64,000 nt of DNA from Cylindrospermum sp. NIES-4074 (GCA_003994795.1 AP018269.1:1068725-1132724), one strand, 5' to 3'. Positions 9,802-20,554 are shown, counted from the stretch's first letter. Numbers and translations are program-made. The notes: generated from the letters alone by a model not told the origin.

Positions 9802-10404
9802 TTGCACGCCTCAGAAAAAGAAACAGAAAGAGTTCAATTATTAAGAGTACAATTCTGGCTTCAACTTCAGGGAATACCGGCGGAAAACCTTATATTTATT
9901 GACGAAGCGGGAGCTAATCTATCTTTAATAAGACACTCCGCTCGTTCTAAAAAAGGTAAAAGAGCGCATGGCTCACGACCTCAAAAACGTTGCAAAAATG
10001 TCTCCATCATTGGTGCGATTGCTCTTCAAGGAGTGATTAGTCAATATAGTATTTTAGGAGCAACTGATGGACTGACATTTGAGGCTTATATTTCTCAAAA
10101 ATTAGTTCCAAATCTGTGGAAAGGTGCTTATGTAATTATGGATAATTGTTCAATTCATAAAAGTGGAGAAATTGAGAAATTAATCGAAGCTGCTGGAGCT
10201 AAATTGATTTATTTACCACCATATTCTCCTGATTTTTCACCAATTGAGAATTGTTGGTCAAAAATTAAAAATATACTACGTTCTATCGGAGCTAGAAGTT
10301 ATCCGGACTTAGCAAAAGCAATTGAAACTGCTTTTAGTCAAGTCTCATTAAATGAGATTCATAATTGGTTTACCCATTCTTGCTACTGTACCTCACTAGA
10401 CTGA
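9802..10404 (+). CDS. IS630 transposase OrfB (DDE catalytic part). It is in the +1 frame relative to OrfA.
   Basis: 'FIDEAG...IMDNCSIHKS...YLPPYSPDFSPIENCWSKIK' is the DDE_3 signature. The frame opens immediately at the A9 tract and the stop lies inside the right inverted repeat. Confidence 0.8.
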   Translation: MHASEKETERVQLLRVQFWLQLQGIPAENLIFIDEAGANLSLIRHSARSKKGKRAHGSRPQKRCKNVSIIGAIALQGVISQYSILGATDGLTFEAYISQKLVPNLWKGAYVIMDNCSIHKSGEIEKLIEAAGAKLIYLPPYSPDFSPIENCWSKIKNILRSIGARSYPDLAKAIETAFSQVSLNEIHNWFTHSCYCTSLD

Positions 10405-10792
10405 GAAACGCTATAAGTCAGCATTGTAATGCTAGCTACTATTTATTCTCAAGCTTAATTTTCATGTAATAATTACCACAATTTAGTTGCTCATTGCTTT
10501 GAGTAAAGTTAGGATAAACTTTCATATTTCTAGCATTACTATGATTCTTGGCTCTTGACTTTTGACAACCCTAACGATAAGTTCGCTATTGATTGATGAT
10601 TACTGTATTCAAAGTGTTTGAGCTTTAAATTAACTTCACTAAAAATTCAAATTCAATAAATAAGTTATCTCCGGAAAGTCAAGCCTTTACAGGAAAATAA
10701 GAGTGTTGGGGAACTTGAATATTTAAGTATAGTCAGCAATAAAATGTTTAGACAGTACTTTACAGATCGTAGTCTCAGAGTCTAAGGTAAAT

Positions 10793-12253
10793 ATGCTTAA
10801 TACAGGTTTGCGGAAATTCCTCACCCAGTCATTTGCAGGTGTGGCTTTGTTAACGGCTGTCAATGTTGCTTTGCCATCTGCCAGCCTAGCTCAGAGACAA
10901 CCAATATTACCAACTTTACAACCAGCACAACCAGCACTAAACAATACAAAGTTAGCTACAGATTACTCTTTGGGCGGCGGCGATCTCATACGTGTTAATG
11001 TATTTGAAGTCCCCGAATATACAGGCGAGTACCAAATTCCCCCAGGAGGTTCGATCAACCTACCTTTAATTGGCAGTGTACCCGTTCTCGGATTAACAAC
11101 CGAACAGGCATCTGACGAAATTGCTAAAAGATACGCTCGCTTTCTGAAACGTCCCCTGATTTCAGTTAACTTATTATCACCACGTCCCATAAATATTTTT
11201 GTTGCCGGAGAGGTAACACGTCCAGGCTCTTACACTCTGAGTTTAAGCGGAGGCGCCGGGAATAATCCAGGGGTACAATACCCAACTGTATTAGCTGCAC
11301 TAACCACAGCCCAAGGGGTAACATTAGCGGCGGATGTGACTCAAATTGAATTACGGCGCAAAATAGGACGCTCTTCAGAGCAAACCGTCACACTCAATTT
11401 GAAAGAACTTATCCAAACAGGCAGAATAACGCAGGATATTACCTTACGGGATGGAGACACAATCGTTGTGCCCACTGCAACCACCTTCAATGTGGCAGAA
11501 GCACGTAATTTATTTGCAGCTAACTTTGCCGCCAGTCCCAGCACACCACGCACTGTAGCTATCATTGGTGAAGTTAACCGTCCTGGTTCTTATCTTGTCA
11601 CCCCAGGGGCTACAGATGGGCAGGGGGGTGGAGCAGCTGGCAGTGGTTTACCAACTGTGATGCGGACGATTCAATTAGCTGGAGGTATCACTTCACAAGC
11701 TGATGTTCGTAATCTGAAGTTACGCCGACCAACCAGAACCGGAACAGAACAAACTATAGATATCAATCTTTGGGAACTATTGCAGAGTGGTGATCTTAAT
11801 CAAGACGTAGTTGTGCAAGACGGAGATACGATTGTTATCCCTACAGCAACTGAGATTAACGCGGCAGAATCAACTCAATTAGCTCTTACTACTTTATCCC
11901 CTTCAAAAATTCAAGTTGGTGTGGTAGGCGAGGTCAAACGACCAGGTGTGACTGACCTTAAGCCCAATAGCTCCTTAAATCAAGCACTGCTAGCTGCTGG
12001 CGGATTCAACGATTCAAGAGCTAAAACAGCTACTGTAGATTTGATTCGTCTCAACCCTAATGGCTCTGTCACAAAACGTGCGGTGAAAGTGGACTTTTCC
12101 CAAGGAATTAATGACAACACTAATCCTATACTCCGCAATAATGATGTGGTGGTAGTCAATCGTTCTAACTTAGCCCAGGCTACTGATGGTCTCAATACTG
12201 TAGCAGGGCCTTTAGGTACTGTATTGGGTATCTTGAGGTTTTTCGGACTGTAA
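10793..12253 (+). CDS. periplasmic polysaccharide export protein (Wza/KpsD family; Poly_export + SLBB repeats)
   Basis: Signal peptide, 'GDLIRVNVFEVPEYTGEYQIPPGGSINLPLIG', and three 'DGDTIVVPTAT' SLBB-like repeats. Confidence 0.75.
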   Translation: MLNTGLRKFLTQSFAGVALLTAVNVALPSASLAQRQPILPTLQPAQPALNNTKLATDYSLGGGDLIRVNVFEVPEYTGEYQIPPGGSINLPLIGSVPVLGLTTEQASDEIAKRYARFLKRPLISVNLLSPRPINIFVAGEVTRPGSYTLSLSGGAGNNPGVQYPTVLAALTTAQGVTLAADVTQIELRRKIGRSSEQTVTLNLKELIQTGRITQDITLRDGDTIVVPTATTFNVAEARNLFAANFAASPSTPRTVAIIGEVNRPGSYLVTPGATDGQGGGAAGSGLPTVMRTIQLAGGITSQADVRNLKLRRPTRTGTEQTIDINLWELLQSGDLNQDVVVQDGDTIVIPTATEINAAESTQLALTTLSPSKIQVGVVGEVKRPGVTDLKPNSSLNQALLAAGGFNDSRAKTATVDLIRLNPNGSVTKRAVKVDFSQGINDNTNPILRNNDVVVVNRSNLAQATDGLNTVAGPLGTVLGILRFFGL

Positions 12254-13154
12254 TTGAAGATGCTCTTGCAACTTGGGCAAAGGGGGTAATTATCCCATGT
12301 CTCGGATGACAATTTTGAAAAATCTCATGGGTACATTACCTAAAAGCAAACAATGAGTTATTAGTCAATAGTCAAATATTAATCTCAATAGACTATTGAC
12401 TAATGTCATGTCCGGTTGAATACTTACAGCACATTTCAGGTAAATGAGGTACAAATTTTAGGAACACAGCCATATATTAAAAGACTTTCAACCCTGTTAA
12501 GAGTTAAGAGTTCTCTGTTCCCTGCTGTAAGTAATGAAACAGCCTTGATATAATCTCTAAAATAACTAAAATTCTGGAAATTTAGCTTAATAATGATACT
12601 TTTATCAAAAAAATCTCTGTAAGTATAAGTATTTTCAAATATTAAAAATCTACGGTGCTGCTCTTCTGCTTACTGAAAAGATAGTAGCTTTTGTGCAGTT
12701 TCCACTGAGGACGCAGTGATTCCTACTGTTTATAAGGATTACAGTGCAGTTTAAGCCTTTTACTGAGTTGGGGTGTGGGAATAGCCTCTACATTTAGCGC
12801 CAAGAAAAGTTATGATTCGCTTGGCTCTATTGTGGCGATCGCTTGTATGGGCATTTTCACCCAACCAGCAGGCAAGCCAAAGCCTAAAAGCAGCACACGG
12901 TGAAAAAGTTGGTTTTTGAGTTTGAGTTGAGCAGTGGTGTAAAGTTAATGACAACAGCACTCCTTGCCAGTGTGTAGTCAAGGTGCTTTAATAACGATCG
13001 CATTCCGCCAAATTGTCCTGCCTACACAAGATCCATCAGATATCGCTGCTGATGTTCATAAAATCACAGACTCGCAATATTAGACTTAAAGGTAGAACAA
13101 GCTAGTGAGATGCCCTTTACACTAAATTCTCCCAAACGCTGAATAGGAGCAAGT

Positions 13155-14000
13155 ATGGTTGAGCCAATCATTTTTATAGTTTTAGTGCTTATAGGTTATG
13201 CCTTGGGATCGGCAAAACTGATTAATCAAGGTAATGAAGCTTTAGTTGAACGCTTGGGACAGTATCATCGTAAACTTAAGCCTGGGTTGAACTTCATCGT
13301 TCCCTTCGTCGATCAAATTGTGATGGAGGATACAACACGCGAGCAGTTTGTAGACATCAAACCTCAGAATGTGATCACCAAAGATAATATCTACTTGGAA
13401 GTTGATGCTATTTTCTTCTGGCGGATCGTAGATATGGAGAAAAGCTTTTACGCTATTGACGATCTCCAAGGGGCATTAGGACAATTGGCTACAACTACAC
13501 TCCGAGAAATCATTGCCCAGAACACTGTAGAAGAAACTAACCGCTCACAATCTAAGATGGACACAAACATCTTAGTGCAGTTGAATAACACCACAGCAGA
13601 TTGGGGAGTGGAAATTCTCCGGTTAGATATTCAGCGAATTACACCCCCTGAGAGTGTGCGGAAGTCAATGGAAGAGGAACGAGCCGCTGTGATTAAAAAA
13701 CGGGCAGTAATTACCGAAGCAGAAGGAGAGCAAGAAGCTTCCCTGAAGAGAGCGCAATCAACTAGAACTTCAGTGCAGATAATTGCTGAAGCTTTACGTT
13801 CCCATCCTGAAACTAAGGAAATTCTGCGGTATCTGGTTGCTCAAGATTATGTAGAGGCTAGCCAAAAACTTGGTGAGAGCAGTAATGCCAAAATTGTCTT
13901 TGTAGATCCAGCCAACTCAAGTGAAATGTTTCAGGAACTAATTGCGGAGTCTGTAAATCACGAAAGTAAGAGCAAAAACTCAGAAAACGGTACTATCTAA
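13155..14000 (+). CDS. SPFH/band-7 (stomatin/prohibitin-like) membrane protein
   Basis: N-terminal TM plus SPFH core 'NEALVERLGQYHRKLKPGLNFIVPFVDQIV...DAIFFWRIVD'. Confidence 0.85.
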   Translation: MVEPIIFIVLVLIGYALGSAKLINQGNEALVERLGQYHRKLKPGLNFIVPFVDQIVMEDTTREQFVDIKPQNVITKDNIYLEVDAIFFWRIVDMEKSFYAIDDLQGALGQLATTTLREIIAQNTVEETNRSQSKMDTNILVQLNNTTADWGVEILRLDIQRITPPESVRKSMEEERAAVIKKRAVITEAEGEQEASLKRAQSTRTSVQIIAEALRSHPETKEILRYLVAQDYVEASQKLGESSNAKIVFVDPANSSEMFQELIAESVNHESKSKNSENGTI

Positions 14001-14857
14001 GAGTTAGGTTGCCCTTGTGGTCGTCCAAGTGCATCGGCAACCAGCGACACATCACGCATTTGCTGAACATCGTGGACTCGGAGGATATCAGCACCATTAA
14101 AAATGGCTGCACAACAAGCTGCTGCTGTTCCCCAAACTCGTGCTTTGGGGTCTGGTTGATTTAAGATGCGACCAATGAAACTTTTGCGGGATGCTCCGAC
14201 TAAAATAGGGCAGTTTAGCGATCGCAAAAATTGCAAGCGGCGAATTATTTCTAAATTTTGCTCATAGTTCTTGGCAAAGCCAATTCCAGGGTCAATGATG
14301 ATTTTTTCTTGGTCAATACCCGCAGCGGTTGCGGCTGTAATTTGCTGGGACAAGAAACTATAAATCTCCCCCAGCAAATCCTGATAATCGGTTTGCTGTT
14401 GCATCGTTTGGGGCGTTCCTCGGATGTGCATTAAGGCGATCGGCACATCTAATTTGGCGACTACTGGCAACATTTGGGAGTCAAATGTGCCCCCAGAAAT
14501 GTCATTAATCATATCCGCCCCAGCTTCTACAGATGCTTTAGCTACAGCGGCTCTAGTTGTATCTACAGAAATTGGGACTGAAATCTCAGGTCGTATTGCC
14601 TGCAACACAGACAGCACCCGGTCAAGTTCTTCTGTCAGAGTTATTTGCTCTGCCCCTGGACGGGTTGATTGACCCCCCACATCAATAATGTCAGCACCAG
14701 CCGCTACCATTGCCTGTGCTTGTGCTAAAGCAGTGGAGGCTGTGTTAAAGTCGCCACCATCACTAAAGCTATCTGGTGTGACATTTAAAATGCCCATTAG
14801 GTAAGTCCGCTGTCCCCACGCGAAACAGCGTCCCCGAAGAATTAAGTTATTTGACAT
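13997..14857 (-). CDS. folP: dihydropteroate synthase FolP
   Basis: 'GILNVTPDSFSDGG' and 'DIGGQSTRPGA' signatures. Start moved to the internal methionine 'MSNNLILRG'; the track ORF is 15 codons longer. Confidence 0.85.
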   Translation of the reverse strand: MSNNLILRGRCFAWGQRTYLMGILNVTPDSFSDGGDFNTASTALAQAQAMVAAGADIIDVGGQSTRPGAEQITLTEELDRVLSVLQAIRPEISVPISVDTTRAAVAKASVEAGADMINDISGGTFDSQMLPVVAKLDVPIALMHIRGTPQTMQQQTDYQDLLGEIYSFLSQQITAATAAGIDQEKIIIDPGIGFAKNYEQNLEIIRRLQFLRSLNCPILVGASRKSFIGRILNQPDPKARVWGTAAACCAAIFNGADILRVHDVQQMRDVSLVADALGRPQGQPNS

Positions 14858-14965
14858 AAATTTGTGATTGAAACTCGTTGTTGGGGGTTGCAATTGAAGC
14901 ACCCCACCCCTAGTCCCTCCCCGCAGACGAGGAGGGGGACTTGATAAAAGGTTGTAAAACGTTTT

Positions 14966-15736
14966 TTACTGAAAATTTACGATTCTGGCGAAACTATCAG
15001 GTTCTAAACTTGCTCCTCCCACTAGGGCGCCGTCAATTTCTGGTTGAGCCATGATCTCATCAATATTATTTGGCTTGACTGAGCCACCGTATTGAATTGA
15101 AACATTGGGATTATTCAACTGGCTGCGAATTAAGCCAATTACCCGATTGGCCTCTTTTGACTCACAAGTGTCACCAGTACCGATCGCCCAAATTGGTTCA
15201 TAAGCAATCACCAAGTTATGCTGATCAACATCCACCAAGTCTTTTTCTAGCTGGGTGCTAATCAGTTTTTCTGTTTCCCCCGCATCCCGTTGTTGTTTGG
15301 TTTCCCCTACACAGAGAATTGGGGTCAGTCCATGCTTTTGAGCCGCTTTTAGGCGTAGATTCACGGTGGCGTCGGTTTCGCCAAAAAATTGCCGTCGTTC
15401 GCTATGACCGACAATTACAAAGCGCACACCAACTTCTGTGAGCATGGGGGCAGAAATTTCACCTGTGTAGGCTCCATATTCTTCCCAGTGGACATTTTGC
15501 GCCCCTAGTTGGATACGGCTACCATGCAAGTACTTGGAGATAACGCTTAAGTCAGTGAAGGGAGGACACAACACCACTTCTCGCTGTGAGGGCGTTTCTT
15601 CCAAGTGGGGCAGAAATCCGCGTAAAAAATCTTCGGATTCTGCCTGGGTTTTGAACATTTTCCAGTTACCGGCAATAACGATTTTCCGCACAGGTGATTT
15701 AATCAAGATGCTAACGCTACTAGATGCATTTTTCAC
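14966..15736 (-). CDS. tpiA: triosephosphate isomerase TpiA (start codon uncertain; may be 10-15 codons shorter)
   Basis: 'VIAGNWKM', '[11 protein letters not shown]' and 'GGASLEP' are TIM hallmarks. Confidence 0.9.
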   Translation of the reverse strand: MKNASSSVSILIKSPVRKIVIAGNWKMFKTQAESEDFLRGFLPHLEETPSQREVVLCPPFTDLSVISKYLHGSRIQLGAQNVHWEEYGAYTGEISAPMLTEVGVRFVIVGHSERRQFFGETDATVNLRLKAAQKHGLTPILCVGETKQQRDAGETEKLISTQLEKDLVDVDQHNLVIAYEPIWAIGTGDTCESKEANRVIGLIRSQLNNPNVSIQYGGSVKPNNIDEIMAQPEIDGALVGGASLEPDSFARIVNFQ

Positions 15737-15922
15737 TGTACTACTTTTTATGTCACTCCTTGTCCATCAAGGGGGGAAAGGGTGCTGAGGGGCGATCGCT
15801 TTTTTGAGGTGCGCTCAAAAAGCTAACTTTAACTTAAGGTTGTAGTGCGTAACCCAGAAACCCCTCTGAGGAAAGTGGTCAATGCCATTGAGTGCATCTG
15901 ATGCGATCGCGTAATATTCTCT

Positions 15923-18487
15923 GTGCAGTTCGTGTGCCATTCTTCATGGAGGAGCAAAGTAGTGAAACAAGTTGATTTTGAACAGTTGTGCCAACTTACG
16001 CAACATACTCAGACATCACTGATGGAATATGTGGATTTATTACGAATAGATGCAACTCGCAGGCTCAATTCTACACAGCAAGTAATGATGGGGCAATTTC
16101 TGACTCCTGCACCAACAGCTTCCTTGCTTGCATCTATGTTTGATGTGTCACATTCCTCTATACGTCTTTTAGATGCTGGCGCTGGAATTGGATCACTTTC
16201 AGCAGCTTTTGTGTGGCGAGTATGCCAGCTAGAAAAAAAACCTCAATATTTATCTATTACTGCCTACGAAATTGACCCTAGTCTTATTAATTATCTTCGT
16301 GACACTATCAAAATGTGTGAGTCTGAGTGTCACAAAGCTGGTATTCATTTTACAGCAAATGTTCTTCAAGAAGATTTCATTGAAGTAGGGGTAAATATAC
16401 TGGAAGGTGGATTATTCTCTTCTCCTTGGCAGGAGTTTGATTGTGTAATCCTCAATCCCCCTTATCGAAAAATTCAAAGCAAATCAGAATATCGAAAAAT
16501 TTTAAGTCGAATCAAAATAGAAACGTCTAACCTCTACACTGCATTTCTCTGGCTTACTAGTCGTTTACTGGCTCCCAGTGGTCAATTAGTTGCTATTACG
16601 CCGCGCAGTTTTTGTAATGGCTCCTACTTTAGAAATTTCAGGAAAACTTTTCTAGAGGCTATGCACTTCCAAAAAATTCATACTTTTGAGACACGGAATC
16701 AGGCTTTTAAAGATAATAATGTTCTCCAAGAAAATATTATTTTTCATGCTGTAAAAGCAAAAAATCATGATACTGAAGTAGAAATCATTTCCAGTGTAGG
16801 CCCTGAAGATAAAGTTCCAACTGTTCATCACATTAATCATTCTCAGTTAGTTCAACCGAATGATCCAAATTTGTACATTCGCATTATGACCAATAGCCTT
16901 GATCAACAGATAGCTAAACGAATGATGACATTCACCTGTTCTCTGGATGATCTCGGTTTAACAGTATCTACTGGTAGAGTTGTTGATTTTCGTACAACTA
17001 AATTTTTAAAATATATTCCAGAAAAAGATACAGTACCTCTACTTTACCCTGGTAATTTAGTCAATCGCTCTATTATTTGGCCAAAATTAGATTATAAAAA
17101 GCCAAATGCTATTGTTGCCTGTCCAGAAACCGAAAATTTACTGTTGCCATCAGGTATTTATGTTCTGACAAAGCGATTCACTGCAAAAGAAGAACACAGA
17201 AGAATTGTCGCAGCAGTTTTTGCTCCAAATCAGTTTCCACAGCCGAAGATTGGCTTTGAAAATCATCTCAACTATTATCACTGCAATGGCGCTGGTTTGC
17301 CTGAAAAACTTGCTTGGGGACTAGCTGCCTTCTTAAATTCCACCTTGTTTGATGAGTATTTTCGTCAATTCAATGGACATACTCAAGTTAATAGCACGGA
17401 CTTACGAAGTTTAAAGTATCCTAGCAATGCTCAATTAGAGGATTTGGGCGAAAGGTGTATGTCAGAACTAATAGATCAGGATAAAATTGACAGTTACATT
17501 GAAGAGCTTTTTAGTATGCCCATCAACTCAAATGAATTTGATCCTATAAAGGCAACCAAGCGTATTGATGAAGCACTAGCAATCATTAAGGATTTGGGTC
17601 TGCCTCGTGAGCAATATAATGAGCGGTCTGCTCTGGTACTGTTATCTTTTTTAGACCTTAAGACTGTGGACTCATGGGCGGATGCAAAGGCTCCTATGCG
17701 AGGTATTACTCCAGTCATGAAATTTATTGCTGAAAATTATGGGCGAATCTACAAACCTAACACTCGTGAAACCATAAGGGACGAGACTGTCGCTGCTTTT
17801 GTAAATGCCGGAATTTTAGGAAAGAATCCAGATAAACCAGATAGACCGCCAAATAGTCCGAAGACAGTTTATCAGATTGAATCTGCAATTCTTGCTTTAC
17901 TTCAAACTTATGAAACTGAGCAGTGGAATACGAATTTACGAGATTATCTTATTTCTACTGAAACACTGAAGGCTCGTTATGCCCAGCATCGGGAAATGCA
18001 AATGATACCTATCAAAATTTCTAATAACCTGGATATTAAAATTACTGCTGGCGGTCAAAATATATTAATTAAAAAAGTTATTGATGAGTTTTGTCCCAGA
18101 TTTACACCTGGTGGAGATATTTTGTATTTAGGTGATGCTGGTTCTAAATATGGGTATTGTGACACGAATGCCTTGTTATCGCTGGGAATAACTCTAACTC
18201 AGGCTCAAAAAATTCCGGATATAATTATTAATTACACTGCAAAGAATTGGTTAGTAATCGTCGAGGCAGTATCTAGTAATGGCCCAATTAATGTACAACG
18301 TCAAAATGAATTAAAATCTCTTTTTGGTAATTCTACTGCTGGATTAGTTTTTGTGACAGCTTTTCTGGATCGTAGTATTTTGTTGAAATTTATACACCAA
18401 ATCGCATGGGAAACAGAGGTTTGGATAGCTAGTGATCCCTCACACATGATTCATTTTAATGGTGAAAGATTCCTGGGGCCTTACTAG
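15923..18487 (+). CDS. Fused gamma-class N6-adenine DNA methyltransferase with a C-terminal putative restriction-endonuclease domain (single-polypeptide Type IIG/IIC candidate). Tentatively BsuBI/PstI-like.
   Basis: N-terminal motif X 'GQFLTPAPTASLLASMF', motif I 'LLDAGAGIGSL', motif IV 'VILNPPYRKI' (TaqI/Eco57I-type order), then a TRD-like region. The C-terminal ~300 aa contain 'PDIIINY...LVIVEAV', which resembles a nuclease core. The gene is markedly AT-richer than the flanking tpiA and folP. Confidence 0.65.
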   Translation: MQFVCHSSWRSKVVKQVDFEQLCQLTQHTQTSLMEYVDLLRIDATRRLNSTQQVMMGQFLTPAPTASLLASMFDVSHSSIRLLDAGAGIGSLSAAFVWRVCQLEKKPQYLSITAYEIDPSLINYLRDTIKMCESECHKAGIHFTANVLQEDFIEVGVNILEGGLFSSPWQEFDCVILNPPYRKIQSKSEYRKILSRIKIETSNLYTAFLWLTSRLLAPSGQLVAITPRSFCNGSYFRNFRKTFLEAMHFQKIHTFETRNQAFKDNNVLQENIIFHAVKAKNHDTEVEIISSVGPEDKVPTVHHINHSQLVQPNDPNLYIRIMTNSLDQQIAKRMMTFTCSLDDLGLTVSTGRVVDFRTTKFLKYIPEKDTVPLLYPGNLVNRSIIWPKLDYKKPNAIVACPETENLLLPSGIYVLTKRFTAKEEHRRIVAAVFAPNQFPQPKIGFENHLNYYHCNGAGLPEKLAWGLAAFLNSTLFDEYFRQFNGHTQVNSTDLRSLKYPSNAQLEDLGERCMSELIDQDKIDSYIEELFSMPINSNEFDPIKATKRIDEALAIIKDLGLPREQYNERSALVLLSFLDLKTVDSWADAKAPMRGITPVMKFIAENYGRIYKPNTRETIRDETVAAFVNAGILGKNPDKPDRPPNSPKTVYQIESAILALLQTYETEQWNTNLRDYLISTETLKARYAQHREMQMIPIKISNNLDIKITAGGQNILIKKVIDEFCPRFTPGGDILYLGDAGSKYGYCDTNALLSLGITLTQAQKIPDIIINYTAKNWLVIVEAVSSNGPINVQRQNELKSLFGNSTAGLVFVTAFLDRSILLKFIHQIAWETEVWIASDPSHMIHFNGERFLGPY

Positions 18488-18629
18488 CTTGTCCCACTCT
18501 TGTGCTATTACAATCATCGAGCGCACCACAACATTCAAAAAGCGATCGCCATTCCGAAGGGTTGGAAGTGCGATCGCCATTTTGAAAACTCAATTCTGAG
18601 TCTAAGTTATATATTCGCTGATAGATTAC

Positions 18630-18992
18630 TTAGCGCTTCCCTTCTGCGGCATCAATTAATTTAGCCAGGGACTTAGGATCAAAGTAATGCAAAGATTCAG
18701 CTAACTGCAAGAATTTATTATATTCCTTCTTGGTATATTCAGTTGGCTCATAGCCTAAAACTTTACAAAACTTAAGATAATCGTACCGCCAACGGAAATC
18801 ATTGATTGCGGTACTAAATCGTTTTGCTATTTGCTTGGCTTCTGCGGATATGGTAGTTCTCTGTATATCGTAGCTCTCATCTAATTCTGTCATGATAGGC
18901 ACCCTGTTTGCTTGGTCGTAGCTGAGAAATCTGGTGTAATCTTGGGTAGTGCAAATACTTAGCTGGTCAACCCAGTAAAGTATATTCACCAA
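18630..18992 (-). CDS. hypothetical protein (120 aa; may start at internal Met 'MTELDESYD')
   Basis: ORF only. Convergent with the methyltransferase/nuclease gene. Confidence 0.3.
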   Translation of the reverse strand: MVNILYWVDQLSICTTQDYTRFLSYDQANRVPIMTELDESYDIQRTTISAEAKQIAKRFSTAINDFRWRYDYLKFCKVLGYEPTEYTKKEYNKFLQLAESLHYFDPKSLAKLIDAAEGKR

Positions 18993-19189
18993 GTATCTTA
19001 ACCTAAAATATTACTTATACACAATACCAATAACGATGGTAATAATTTTCTTTACTTCATTCTGGGAGTTTTGGAAGTGCGATGTCTAACGGCAAGCTGG
19101 TGCGTGTCTATGCCTTTTGGGATCGGGGGGCGATATCTGGTCACAAAGCGCTATTACGGTTTAGGAAAAGTATCTAAAAAGCTATGTAT

Positions 19190-20011
19190 TTAGAATTTCT
19201 GGGCAACGTGAAAAGCCGAGAGGTATGATACTTTAATACTTCCCCCAAAGTTCTGCTCTATCTTTTCCCGCAAAAGAGCAAATAAAGCATCCCTAGTCTG
19301 GGGGTTTAGTCCGATGTAGGGCGAGAAAGTACTCAAAAGCAGCAAATAATTATCAACGCTATAGGTGACTTCACAAGGAATATATTCAGAAACTAAATCT
19401 TTAAATTTGCCTGAGTCTATAATTTTCTGTCCCAAACCTTTGAGGATATTGGCTTGAGTTTCTCTATCTTCATATTCCACTAGGGATGGAGCATGAATTT
19501 CATAAGCTTCATTCAAGGTTTGGAATACTTCATATTGAGGTTGAAGGGTCATATTCCACAGCAAAATTAAAGAACCATCATCCTGTAACGTATTAGCAAC
19601 TTTGGCATAACCAACATCTGGTGAAACCCAATGAAAAGAAGTTGCGGCGAGAACAGCGTTGAATTTCCCAGTCTCTAATTCCCATTCTTCAAAGGTGGAC
19701 TGCTGAAACTCGACATTAGGATATGCTGCACAGTTTTGTCGTGCTAATTGGCAAGCTTCTGGACTCGGTTCTAGACAAACCATTGAGTAGCCTAATTGAG
19801 CAAATGATACAGTTGCATTTCCAGGCCCACAGCCTATCTCAAGAATGGCAGCTTCTTCAGGAAGGTGAGCTATTTCCACAACACGATTAACAAGTTCTTG
19901 AGGATAGCGTGGTCTGAGTTTGTTATAGGCATCTGCTACGGGAGAATACCAGGTTTTTCTTTGTTCTAAATCTACAGAATACCAAGTTTTTCTTTGTTCT
20001 GAGTTTTGCAT
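19190..20011 (-). CDS. class I SAM-dependent methyltransferase
   Basis: Motif I 'LEIGCGPGNATVSFAQ' and motif post-I 'VCLEPS'. The N-terminus contains a 27-bp tandem duplication (EQRKTWYS twice). Confidence 0.75.
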   Translation of the reverse strand: MQNSEQRKTWYSVDLEQRKTWYSPVADAYNKLRPRYPQELVNRVVEIAHLPEEAAILEIGCGPGNATVSFAQLGYSMVCLEPSPEACQLARQNCAAYPNVEFQQSTFEEWELETGKFNAVLAATSFHWVSPDVGYAKVANTLQDDGSLILLWNMTLQPQYEVFQTLNEAYEIHAPSLVEYEDRETQANILKGLGQKIIDSGKFKDLVSEYIPCEVTYSVDNYLLLLSTFSPYIGLNPQTRDALFALLREKIEQNFGGSIKVSYLSAFHVAQKF

Positions 20012-20095
20012 AATTTATTCACGAATGCTTTGGTAACATAGCTATAATTTTGTAGTCTAGCTATTTATCTTGCAAAAAAGCACCTAACCTTATTT

Positions 20096-20554
20096 CTACT
20101 TAAATCTCATTAACTGAGGGAAAGATTTGACTAGTGCAACTCCTCCAATTAAAACGAAGACTGACCCCATACCAGTAATCATCGCAGGTGGAAACCATAG
20201 GTCAAACCTACTAAAATTAATCATCGCAGAATTTGGCTTTTGAGGGTTGTATAGAACTTCTACCTGCTGACCTTTAGTAAATGCTGGTGGGTAACTGCCC
20301 GTATTCGATTCAAATATAGTTGGTTCGCCGTTACTTGCAGTAAATTTAACCACTGGATAGTAAACAGAAAAGGAGCGGCCCTCACTATCAGTTGATGAAC
20401 CTAGCTCTAAATCAATTACAGTTCCTTGTGTTGATACTGCTGTGCCGACAAAAGAATGAGTATTAATGCCGATGATGATTCCTATAACCGCACATATACT
20501 GCCAACACCAGCAAATATAGAACCGAACGCCAGAAAAAACTTTGAATCATCCAT
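20096..20554 (-). CDS. DUF3592-like membrane protein
   Basis: N-terminal TM, beta-rich middle 'VYYPVVKF...GQQVEVLYNP', and a C-terminal TM. Confidence 0.5.
   Translation of the reverse strand: MDDSKFFLAFGSIFAGVGSICAVIGIIIGINTHSFVGTAVSTQGTVIDLELGSSTDSEGRSFSVYYPVVKFTASNGEPTIFESNTGSYPPAFTKGQQVEVLYNPQKPNSAMINFSRFDLWFPPAMITGMGSVFVLIGGVALVKSFPQLMRFK

Larger units (their letters stand above)
9381..10416 (+). mobile_element. IS630/Tc1-mariner family insertion sequence (copy 1)
   Basis: Terminal inverted repeats 'tatagcgtttcccagtcta' at 9381..9399 and 10398..10416 (one mismatch), flanked by TA. Two-part transposase with HTH-containing OrfA and DDE-containing OrfB. Confidence 0.85.
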
